DNA of 63,840 nucleotides, filler included, from Choristocarpus tenellus KU-1152 (taxonomy: Eukaryota; Protista; Phaeophyceae), in assembly GCA_964200185.2 (NCBI GenBank). It is 13 parts of 13 records of this genome, joined end to end, with 100 filler letters (N's around TTAATTAATTAA, not from the genome) between each part and the next. Parts side by side here need not be neighbours in the genome. Positions count along the whole stretch, not along the records: positions 49,670 to 55,824 come from CAXNAD020008810.1; positions 55,925 to 59,863 come from CAXNAD020017035.1; positions 59,964 to 63,840 come from CAXNAD020017434.1; 10 more parts are not named here. One strand, written 5' to 3'. Under the pieces are notes generated by a model. It saw only the letters and a list, made by a program, of their open reading frames with translations, had not been told where the DNA came from and did no database searches. Made by a program: the position numbers and the translations under genes. The stretch's first letter is position 1. Each line of letters begins with the position of its first letter. This document shows positions 53,086-63,840 of this stretch, piece by piece.

Positions 53086-53694
53086 ATGGCAGAACATAGT
53101 CCTGTCGAGGACGGGGGGAAATGCGAGCAAGCACCACAAGTACCCACGCCTCAATTAACGACTCCAGCGTCGCCCTTACCATGGTCCTCGAAAGAAGCCC
53201 TAAAAAGGGCGTACGATATAGAACCTCGTGTGGCCGACGCCATCCGTTCGTTCGAGAAGAAGTTCCCGACAGCGGAGATTGTCTACCTGTCGTATGGAGG
53301 GTCCCGTCTTCACGGTACATTGGACCAGTTGTCAGACCTCGATTTGAAGGGGATTTTTGTTGATCCCACATTCGAATCAGAGCAACTCGATGATAACGAG
53401 GCTTCGGATAATACAGACACTTTTCTTTTGGCAGAACCAGAGGTGATTGAAAATGATGACAATATGCCAATATCAACTGAAGCGAAGATGGTGGAAGTAG
53501 TGGGGGCTCCAGATGAAGTTACGGATGGGGAGGGGGATACAACGACGACGTTGAATGGGGAAGAGGGCGAAGTGGTGAAGAAAAAACCCACCCGGAAAAA
53601 GACATTTCACTATAGCACTTCAGACGAAACATCCTTCAATGGAGCAGATGACTGTGACTTGGATCTCTACAGCTTTGATCGATTCCTGCAAAAG
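53086..53694 (+). CDS. Pol-beta-superfamily nucleotidyltransferase, RlaP (Nuc-transf)/phage T4 NrdC.11-like; probable first exon
   Basis: ORF 53086-53748 contains IVYLSYGGSRLHGTLDQLSDLDLKGIFV (hGS...G....SDxD signature). After an acidic low-complexity insert comes STSDETSFNGADDCDLDLYSFDRFLQK. Likely donor AAG|GTGCGA at 53694/53695 (same donor hexamer as at 56917); alternative AAT|GT at 53709/53710. The C-terminal helical part was not found. Confidence 0.78.
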
Positions 53695-55304
53695 GTGCGA
53701 AGAGGCAATGTATCTTTTGTCGGTAATAGAACTAGGATTTGTCGGTAAGGAGGGGGGAGGAAAAGGTGGAGCCATCTTTTGGCTTGCTACTGAAGTGTTC
53801 TTCTGTGGAAAAAAATAGGAATTGAAATGTTGCAAGAGAATTGGCAGGGATTTGTAAATGAAGGACTGATGTAGGTCTGGGGTTAAAGGGTGTACTACGG
53901 GTGAGTGAGGTCCAAGGTACATTTATACCTTTTGAAGTTGATGCTTTTGGGGTGTCCTGAATGGATATGTTGGGTATACCTTGGCAGAACACAGAGCCTG
54001 TACTTATGTGAAGTTTGGTTCATGTAACACAATTTTTCAAATAAAGTTTCCTGTACATAGTCTTGGATTGACTTTTCTTTCCAAAGTTCAAAAACAGTAA
54101 TTTCCAGTCAAAGAGGTCAACCCTTGGTAACTCTTTCTGTTCAAAAAAAAAACTAACACAGTTGTGAGCTTGGGTGTGGGTTGAGGTCACAAAAACCCCC
54201 CCCGTGGATTCTGCTATTCTCACAAAAATTAAGTTTCAACAAATCAGCAGAAAAAATTGGCTGCATTATAGATAGTGAAACGTTATATTGGTGAATTTTT
54301 ATGCAAGGGATGAGGCAACCAATCTTCTATTTAAGGATGGTCTTTGGGAAGGGCAAAACTAAACTTAATACATTGTCATTTCCCAACTTATCAGGAAAAC
54401 TCTTGTTTTTGAGAAAAAGAGGGCTAAAGGTTTCAATGACTCAGAACTGTTCTGATTTTCTCTGTATTGACCAGTAGTTACGATTTTTTTTCTTTATGAA
54501 ACTTACGTCTTGAGCTCTGTGGTCAATGGTCCGTTCAGAACCGTATTTTCCATTAAACTTCCTTCCCTATATCAGTTTTTCCTGAGATGTTGGAGAGATT
54601 GACCAAGGTATTGCTTTAAGACCTGGGTCATATCTCATCAGTGAGACATCTTGTATAAAGATGATGCTATTGCATGCCAACAAATGTCATTTAGGAGTAT
54701 TCAGTGCAGTTGATGCCAGAGAGTACTGATCCAGAGGCAAGCAACAAACAGGAAAAAAAAAATCACAACTACATTTCCGAAATACCAACCAGCATCAAGA
54801 ATTTGGAACATATCCAACACTAGCAGCTTGAGGGGTTTGAACTCATAGAAATAGAAAGACTTCAACGGTACAAACGTACACTACTGTAAATACAATCCTT
54901 TGCACCACATTTTTTTCAAGGGAAGAGTGTAGCCAAGTGTATGCAGAACTCTAGTACTTACAAGGTGAAGCAAGGATAGTGTTGATCGCCTTAACAAGAG
55001 GACACCAAATCCGGTCTTAGAAATTAGATTCTGAAATAGGCGAGCATTTAGGTCCACAGTAAGATAGTAAGATAGTAAGATAGTGTGGAAGACATCCAGC
55101 TGAACGTAGCTCAAGAAATATTTCCCCAACATACTGTGTTGCACAGTACATGTAAAACACAAGTATTACGTTCCTTGCGGCCATTCTTCTTTTTAGCACA
55201 GTATGACAGTACATTTCATTCCAGACGCCATCGTTTTCAGTGGTAAAATCCCATTGCTAACCCCTTGTTGATGCATTCCATTGCAGCAGTTTTCCTCCAC
55301 GGCC

Positions 55305-55392
55305 TTGATTGATGATTCAATTTGATTGATGATTCAATTTGATTGATGATTCAATTTGATTGATGATTCAATTTGATTGGTGCTTCAATTTG
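55305..55392. repeat. 17-bp minisatellite (TTGATTGATGATTCAAT) x ~5
   Basis: Four exact copies plus one variant, read directly. Confidence 0.9.
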
Positions 55393-55504
55393 TGAGGGTC
55401 TCTTTTTTAAAGCTGTAAGCTACGTTCGTTTGGTTCCTTTATGTCCCTTTATGTCCGTTTGTCATTGTGTTCCGCTTGAGTCCTGCTTACAGTCTCATTA
55501 CCAC

Positions 55505-55612
55505 AGTGAGTAGTTGACTAGTTGACTAGTTGACTAGTTGACTAGTTGAGTAGTGCATCAGTCAAAATCACTATTCGGTTGCCACACACTAGTCAACTAG
55601 TCAACGACTCAC
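55505..55612. repeat. 8-bp tandem repeat (TAGTTGAC)n forming a short inverted repeat
   Basis: Left AGTGAGTAGTTGACTAGTTGACTAGT and right ACTAGTCAACTAGTCAACGACTCACT are near-perfect reverse complements. Confidence 0.75.
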
Positions 55613-56284
55613 TTACACTCACTACTAGTCACATGAAGGGATTCCTGCTGTCCACTCTTGTCACCCCAGAGAGAGCATCCATCGTTTTTAGCTATCCTAT
55701 ACCACAGCAAGCTAATCACCAATTTTCAATTATTGAGCACATCTCCACGGCACATGGAGTCATATTCTCCTCCCCCCCCCCCCTACCTCTTCTCTTTGTT
55801 TTACTCGACGGCTTTTTCTTACTTNNNNNNNNNNNNNNNNNNNNNNNNNNNNNNNNNNNNNNNNNNNNTTAATTAATTAANNNNNNNNNNNNNNNNNNNN
55901 NNNNNNNNNNNNNNNNNNNNNNNNCCCTCCTCCCCCCTCCCGATAATGCTGCTGCCCCCAACAAACCCCTAAACCACGCAATATCCCCCCCCCCAAAAGA
56001 TAGTACTCACTGACCTTGCATCTCAACAACAAAGCTGATTCACAACATATTGGTTACACACACACACACACTTCCAAGAAAGTGACCTGCCTTCTAAGAA
56101 CAGATAGGTTCAGATTGAGGTGAAACAACCCTTGAAGCGGCTATCATACGGCAAACAAAACACCAATCACACCCGCACAATACAGTCTCAAGTATGATAT
56201 AAAAATAAATGGTAACATCTTTGACAGGGCACCTATTGCCCATGCTGCACAACACTACTCCAAACATTTTGTGGCAAAGCTTAC

Positions 56285-59001
56285 CGCCTTGCCTCCCTCC
56301 GCCATGACCTCCCCAGCAACCCTTGCACTGTCTCCAGGAGAAACATATATTGCCGGCTTCTCACCATCCAGAATCCTCTCCAAAGATAGTTCACCCTGAT
56401 AATGGTGGGTATAAAGATGGGGTGGGTCACATGTGCCACACACCATCACAAGTCAAAACCACCATTAAAGATATGACTACCGGCTGGTCTTTACACAAAT
56501 CGAGGCATTTGCCAAGAGCATAGAGACCATCGGGCTTGTCGAGGTGGGATGAACAGCGAACTTAGAAAATGGAAGGAGTTCAAGAATAGGATAGAAAGTC
56601 CAGTGACATCATAATGGAGAATGCATCGGTAACACTAGCGCGCTAAGTCGGCAGCAAAAGAGCGTAAAAACCCCCCTTCATACTTCATCAAAAACCGGGG
56701 CTCAGTTTTAGCAATGCTGCAAGCAAGCTAGTTGCAATGAGATACAACGGAATGCCAAGAGTCTCTAATCTCAAATACATGGGGACCGGCTTCAGGAGGA
56801 ATTGGCGGCGCCCTTGATGAGACTCGTTACGAAGTCATCGACTGCATAAAACATATCCATTTCACATAAAACATACAACATGTGTAGCGTACCACAACAA
56901 CAAGCCATTCATCGCACCGTATCGCCATCTGTGGTCAGACTGGCCACCATCTGCTGCAGAGCAATCACGGCCTGACTCTTTCCCCTGCCAGCCATCCCTT
57001 CCGTCATCTGCAACACATCACCAAAACATGGGCACAGGAACAGCAAACCGGGAGTCCCCGATTAAACACAAAGTTTACACACAAAGCCCAGAGAGCTCAA
57101 AGAGTCCCTACTACTACCAAGGCCACCGGATCGCCAATCAGGCGCACACGGTTTCGACTCCTGTACAACACCAGGTCTGGTGCTAAAAGAAAGAAGAAGA
57201 AGAAGAAGAAAAATAAGAAAGCACAAGAAAGGGGGGCAAACATCCCACCTGGTGCTGAAATCTCTCACCAACGTTCGGGCAAAAATGCAGCCTTGCCACA
57301 ACTCACTCAGGACTGACTCTTCCAAGCGCAAGGCACACTCACTTGCCGCAGAGCAGAGGCCATCACATCCTGGTCTAGCTTTTGGCCACCGGATGGAGAC
57401 TTCGCAGCTGCAACACGTTCTAAACGTGACAGGGCATCGTACAAACACTTGGCAATGTTCAGGATGCCGCTCACCGCTCCAGATCCATCCACCACCTTTT
57501 TTTTTTTTTTTCACCAGGGGGAAGGGGGGGGCGGGCGGGCGGGTGGCAAAGAACAAGTCGCACAAAATTGATAATGATGCGATTTTTGAACTCTGCTGGT
57601 GCGATCTAAGCGGATCGGTATGTTTGATTATTATTATTGTTATTGTTATTATTATTATTAGTAGTAGTAACAACGATTTCAAATGCGATGACAATAGAAA
57701 TTAAAGCAAACATAAGCAGTGATGTTGAGCCATTCTATCAACTGTTCATAGGGCTTTTGTTGATTTAATTGACTCATTCATACACGGGATGTCCCAAAAG
57801 TAAATTCCGTAGTAGCCCCCCATGACTATCGCCGACCCTGATCACACTCTCGATTCTCCTTTTTACTACTCCTTCTCATGTGTAACATCGTTAACCTTCA
57901 ACAACAACAGTGATGCGACAAATTCATCCACTGCACCCCCCCCAAATCCCTGAGTACCTCTATGAAAACTCCTGAATGGTTAGATATACCTATCTAACAC
58001 AGCCTCAGCACTACACTTGTTAGGCACTAAAAAAAGAAGCACACTGGAGACTTTCTTCCCAGGCCAATAGTAGCACCCTTCCAAGCAGCACAGGGTCTAC
58101 TCTAGACTCCTAACCCCACTTGCCAAGGGGACTGGGTCGTTCCTGCATGATTTTTCTTTGAAATTTATGATCCCTTACCCGCTGCTGATATTGCACACCG
58201 GCTCCGCAGCCTGTGATACAAAAAAAGGAAATTATTATTATTTCTATTATTAATACAATTAACTACTCAACCCTCTCAAGCAACAAGAACCAGGGCCGTA
58301 CTACGATAAACCTCCACACCAGTACCACGGTGTGACATCCCATTTCACTTCATATATATATATATATATATATAGGTGGTGCTACAATTTACCGGGAGGT
58401 GCCTGAAGTGTCTGTCCACCATGATGCCCAGCGCCTCCATAGCACTGTCCTCCATGCCAACACAGTGAGGATTTCTGGTCATAATACTCGACACGAGAGC
58501 CGTCTCCGGATCTACGTATTGGGCAACAACTCGCCTGTTTTTCGAATGCAATAGGACAGGAGACAGGAGAACGGAAAGGACAGGAGACAGCAAGAATAAA
58601 AACCTCAAGAGTAAGCGGCCGAGGTAGGTAGGATCCAATCGCCAGCAAGACTTCCAAACCCTAACCCTAACCCTAAGTTTTAGAGCCAGTACTGTAGCCG
58701 CATCTTGGTCGTCATAATTCGTGTTAGCGGCTACGAGCACTACGGTCGCGTTAGCAATACCACAAAAGAAAAAACGTATCACTGACACAATCCCTAGAAA
58801 AACAGAAAAAAAAGACTCAAGAGCATTTACCCCCCCCCCCTCCCCCCCTCAAAAAAAGGCGTGCCTGGCATAGTCATTATCAGTAACGATGCCGTGCAGG
58901 GAACCATCACTTCCTATCACGAGGGCCGCATCGGTGTGAGCATCTGCCATTGCCCTGGCCACCTCTCCCACAGACGCCTCACTATCCATGATCAAGGGTG
59001 C
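56285..59001 (-). CDS. CBS-domain-containing protein (CBSCBSPB-type, tandem CBS pairs), partial multi-exon gene
   Basis: Exons 58865-59001 (APLIMDSEASVGEVARAMADAHTDAALVIGSDGSLHGIVTDNDYA), 58393-58534 (RRVVAQYVDPETALVSSIMTRNPHCVGMEDSAMEALGIMVDRHFRHLP), 57343-57495 (VVDGSGAVSGILNIAKCLYDALSRLERVAA...), 56918-57007 and 56285-56395 all join in frame. GIVTDxD, IMTRNP, FRHLPVV and KCLYDAxSRLE are characteristic of this family. Confidence 0.88.
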
Positions 59002-59161
59002 CTGTGAGGAAGATTGTGTCCACGGGCCTTTCGTAAGAAGGGTAAACAAAAATAAACAACGCGACAGTATATACAGGGGAGTGATGCAAACTAAAATCCT
59101 AGATGGAGGCGTTATTGTCCTACGGTAATAAATGTAGTCACTACAAATATATTACCAAAGT

Positions 59162-59206
<45 letters not shown>

Positions 59207-59795
59207 TACACGTGTGTGAACAGCACGCCTAGATGAGGAAAAGCACTGAATCAGGAAGGCGCTTCTTGCGACTTCGCAGCGGGCGGCGCAGAAAGGGAAC
59301 ACCAGTTCAGATTTCACCGAGATTATAGGGTAGCCTCGTAATGGGGGCTATTGCAAGACCTCCACAAAACACAACAGAAACATGGTAGTATATCTGATTG
59401 GTGGTGTATTTATGACCTTACATGTGATCTGATTGAACTGACGCTGAACACGGGAAGTAGATTTAGTGCAGCAGGATATATATATATATATATACGTATC
59501 TATCCAGAACCATGAGCCCCAAAACCCCAAACCCCCCCACTAATTCAAATTGCATCACCGCTAGCAGATGCTGCTGCTGTACCACTAACAAAAGTACCTG
59601 GCCTCGCATCATGTAGACAAACTAGGACCAAATCAACAATTTGATGGGCCATCGAAAACAAACACACACACACAACACACACACACATATTAGCATCATC
59701 CCCCCCTCCCTCCCCCATCACAGTAAATACTTCGAAGTGAAGGAAGGACCCCCCTCTACAACTCTGTCCACCCACCCACTCACCCATCCAATCAC

Positions 59796-59840
59796 CCATA
59801 CCATACCATACCATACCATACCATACCATACCATACCATA
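59796..59840. repeat. (CCATA)n microsatellite
   Basis: Read directly. Confidence 0.9.
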
Positions 59841-61335
59841 AAATTCCATGAAGAACACACCTTNNNNNNNNNNNNNNNNNNNNNNNNNNNNNNNNNNNNN
59901 NNNNNNNTTAATTAATTAANNNNNNNNNNNNNNNNNNNNNNNNNNNNNNNNNNNNNNNNNNNNAGGGCTGACCCTAACCAGAAATTCGTCAAGGATTCCA
60001 AATATTCATCCAGAAATGAATTTCATCAACATGTTCAAACGTTATGGATACTGCAGCACATATTTATGGCACGGAGGTAGTACAAGGTCCATGCATTCAT
60101 CCTGTGTGATCTGGCTGTCATTTTCCCTCGGATGATGGGACACAGTGATTTGGGAAATTTTGAAGCCCTCCACAATGGTTGCTGAGGTCCCTGAGGGATT
60201 TGAGTCTTGCACCCTCTGACCTCCGGGCATCGTGCCACCACACTGTTGTTCGTTGGGGGGTTTTGAGTCTGGAACCTGGACAGCCTTTTGGGCCGAAGAA
60301 TTGGGACGGATGGGTGATGACGGATGAACAAGCCACTTGAACGACGATGGGCCTTCGTCCTAGGCATCCCAATATACGCCCACTTGACAGTTTCACAAAG
60401 TTTTTGAACTCCATCAAATGCAACTTGGTCGACTTTGCACTGGCGATCCTCCACAGCTATGACAGCCCACTGCCTCAAATTCCACACACCTCCCAATCTA
60501 TATGAGTACCAAGCCTCATCCAGACGGTTTATCACTGGGGCCGTTCCTGTGTGAGAACGGAGCTTGCAAAATTTATATGTTACATTTAATTGCGAACGTA
60601 GGAAGTACTACAATTTTTTATACTTCAAACTTCTTTTCTCCCCTTTCTTAACTGTTGGAGGAATTTATATGACGCAAAAAATATTTAGCTAGTATAGCCT
60701 TTCTTGTAGATTTTTTTTTCATGTCAGCCCTCCTGAACTGGAGTTTCGGCATGACCTCGGTATTTCACACCAGGGTGTCCAACATGCTGGGGGCATCCTA
60801 CCTGGATATGAGTCTTCTCTAGGATATGTGTCACATGGTGATTATTGCATATTATGTTATTCGGGTTGTAATTGATGTGGGAAGTACACGTACAACGGGT
60901 GGACCCAACCAATGCGGTTGGTTGACTTGACAATTTTATTCTGTATAAATTTTGACATCAGAATAGTCAACGATATTGAGATTATTTATGACATCTAAAT
61001 ACGTTTAACTTTAGGACAATTGAGCCCGGAATATAACCCCATCTCGATGAGGTTAATCTATTAGATACACATATACATATCAAATACACTAAAACAATTA
61101 TTGAGAAAACCAAATGTTCGCCCTGATACAATCTACCAGGTTTGAATATGTCCATCAACTTGTGCCATCAAGGATTGCAGCCAATACGCTACACTACCAA
61201 GATGCGTCTTACACACTGTGGCGGGGTCGAAGCAAGTGTCGCGGCCTGAAGCATCTGGCGTTTTCAGGGGTAAAGATTGTCTGATACCTACAGACATCTG
61301 CGTCCAACAACAACAGGTGTACTGCTGTGTTAGCC

Positions 61336-61594
61336 GAGTGAAAGTATCTTGGAGGGTATGAGTTGTGTCCTGTTCGTACATTCGGGGCTTGGCTTCTCAT
61401 GATTTTTTTCATGGCATTTTCTTACTCCAAAATGTTTCGGAGTAGGTAATACATATACGTTATGAAAAGGTGTGTCTAGAACATGGATATTGACACTTGC
61501 TAACAAACGCGATGGCCAAAATTGAATCAAAATCGCAACATTGGATATTGCCCCCCAAGTGGACACGGCTCTACCCTCTAAGATAGGCTTAGTC
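61336..61594 (+). mobile_element. Family-A MITE (degenerate right end)
   Basis: GAGTGAAAGTATCTTGGAGGGTA ... CTACCCTCTAAGATA. Confidence 0.85.
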
Positions 61595-63395
61595 ACAATG
61601 AGAGATAATCTTGTCCTATATAGTCTCAACCTCAACACCTTGCAGTGGATTTCTTTTCTGTTTTAAGTTCACATATGTAGCAATTATAGGACGAACTAGT
61701 GGCTCAAGTGGGGGGCGGTAGGGTGGTATCACGCGCCTACTATATTATATTATGTCCGAAATGGCACAAGTAGCCCCATCATGTCATGTCCTTATGCTGA
61801 AGGCATAGTCCTGACCGATTCCTGGGGATTCTTCCCTTGTTTCTTGATTGACTTGAGAGTGAAAAGTGTAGCAAAAACTCCACCTGTATAGCACGTCTAC
61901 TCTTTTCGAGCATTGCATATATAATTGCTATGAATAATATATACGAGTGCATTTTTCTGACGAGCATTGACGAGTGATTATAAGTGCGATTTTATATATA
62001 CCACTAATATTTCCGTCACTATAGTGTGGGGACTATCCAGACCCATGATTGGAGACTCTGCACGCTCTGTTTCTCACTCGAAGTAGTGTGGGTAACTCTT
62101 GCCCTAGACCTAAGTGCATTGGTTCTGTTCGTGACTTGCTTCTCATGCATTGGGTTCAGTCAACCCAACACTCGTTGCTCCACCTCCTAGAATCTTGTGC
62201 TGGATCCGCCTTGGCGTTTCTCTGCAGTGAAACCTTGCCATCCTGTTTTTTCCAGCGCTTTTAGTGACAGAATGACTGATAGAATATCACTGGTGCACAA
62301 TCCGTAGTCCCTGTCATGTGGACTTCTGATATTCAACTCCAGGTTTATACGAAGCAAGTCCGGCATAATTATGTTGGAACCCTTGAATTTCAAGTGGGGA
62401 ACAGCCTCCATTGGCCAATGAGAAATGAAGACATTCCAGTGATGGGTTGCAACCGGTTGGTCCTATCACAACCTTGATAGTCCTTGTCTAACCCTCTTAA
62501 GACTTACTTCAACTGGGTCATCCCACAGTCAACCCAGGTTGATACTATCGATGGCTCTGGTTTGTCCCTTTTTAGGATATATTCGACCAGGGTTGGTCCG
62601 TAGTCTAGTCTGATTATTCTCTCTCATGTTCATGAACCGGGATTGAAAATAATATTCGCCCGGACCACACCCCAGCCCAGTCTTGTCATGTTTACCCAGT
62701 CTGGTGAAAAATCCTGGATAACAATCCAATGTCTGACAAATCATACTCTACAATGAACCTCAGCATTCGGCATCATATCATGTGAGCTTTCGAAACACTT
62801 GGGCAATATTATCTCTAGGTAGAGGATGCATATCTCACTGGAGCGGTAGGACGAGAGACAGCACCCACAGGTATGGCTTTTGATATTTTCTTCCTGACAA
62901 AGTGACAGCAACTCACTCTGCAGAACTCTTTGGACTGGTTTGCCATCACACAATCATAACGTTGCATCGATTTCGCAAAAGGTCCTACAAAGATGGCTCT
63001 CTGAAGATTGTATGTGAGTGTATCAAGACTGTTATTCTTGCATCCCTCTTTCAATTTGGTTCCTTTCTTTCCTTTGTGTGACGTGTGGTGAGTGGTGTTT
63101 CGGACTGGATGGATTTGGTGTGACATTGAACACCAAGAATATCGTTTTTTCCTATGAGACCTGACAATGTGTTTGAAGCTACTGATGTCCCATCTGAAGT
63201 ATTTGGTGTCGATGCATTACCCTTTGGCTTCTCTTTGTCACCCTCGTATTTCACAAAGTACTTTCTTTGTTCTTTTTCTTCTTTACATTCATTACTTTCC
63301 CATCTTACACAGCATTCGTATTTTCTCATGCAGCGTGTATAAATATCTACTCTGAAAAGTATACGTGAATAAAGATAGCATACGGAGCTCTAGAA

Positions 63396-63578
63396 GGCTC
63401 AAAGTACCAGGGGCGGGTGGCGGCTGTCCATTTTGGGTCCATTTCTCCATGGCACAATTTTTTTGTGCTTTGGTTGCATGCGTCGCATGGATAATAAAGT
63501 TCACTTTCCTACCTGACCAGGGCCCGAATGGACACCCTGGTGTAGACCTCCCCCCCCCCCTCCCAGATACTTTGAGTC
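63396..63578 (-). mobile_element. Family-B MITE
   Basis: GGCTCAAAGTACCAGGGG ... CCCAGATACTTTGAGTC; TSD AGAA/AGAA; internal sequence is the reverse of the 34451 copy. Confidence 0.88.
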
Positions 63579-63600
63579 AGAATAACTGCTTAATATTAAT

Positions 63601-63762
63601 GACTCAAAGTGTCTGAGGGGGGTGACGGCTGTCCATTTGGGGGCCATTTTTTCATGTCGCGATCTTTGGGTTCTTTGGTTGCATACATCGGATGGATAAT
63701 GTAATACACTTTTCCTGATTTTGACCCAAATTAACACCCTGGTGTAGACCCCCCCCCCCCCG
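63601..63762 (-). mobile_element. Family-B MITE, lacking the final TIR bases
   Basis: GACTCAAAGTGTCTGAGGGGGG...GTCCATTTGGGG...CACCCTGGTGTAGACCCCC, 22 nt after the previous copy. Confidence 0.8.
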
Positions 63763-63840
63763 GGTTGTTTGGGGAAATTTCTGGGGTGGAAAGGGGATTG
63801 AGAACCAGCCCTGGGGAAAAGGAAAAAATATTTTGTTTAC

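Noticed and set aside
57062-57704. 210-aa and 174-aa ORFs
   Set aside because: They overlap the real CBS exon (57343-57495) in other frames and consist of low-complexity intronic sequence.
1-63840. tRNA, rRNA or prokaryotic operon/defence-island structure
   Set aside because: No recognisable structural RNA gene or operon-like ORF packing was seen. The recognisable host genes are spliced eukaryotic genes.

Overview
This is not one continuous locus. It is 13 short contigs joined by 12 artificial 100-nt linkers (N44-TTAATTAATTAA-N44), so adjacency across linkers means nothing. The DNA is nuclear, eukaryotic, intron-rich and heavy in transposon remnants, and it comes from a flagellated organism. 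A brown alga or related stramenopile is the most likely source (inference from a 72-nt LRR exon, CFAP43, TTAGGG motifs and intron style). Host genes rebuilt exon by exon: partial CFAP43 (8 exons, minus strand), a HADHB-type thiolase (2 exons), a CBSCBSPB-type CBS-domain protein (5 exons, one GC-AG intron), a single 72-nt LRR exon, and the first exon of a Pol-beta-superfamily nucleotidyltransferase resembling RlaP/phage T4 NrdC.11, head-to-head with the thiolase. Mobile DNA: two decayed Ty3/Gypsy elements, three decayed Ty1/Copia pieces, repeated LINE-like 3' tails, and two related MITE families (~258 bp, 11 copies including a nested pair; ~180 bp) that share terminal motifs and make 4-bp TSDs. 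There is also a ~1.5-kb diverged palindrome. Best leads: the phage-like nucleotidyltransferase in a spliced eukaryotic gene context, the two-family MITE system, the lone LRR exon and the long palindrome. All family assignments come from motif recognition by eye, not from database searches.
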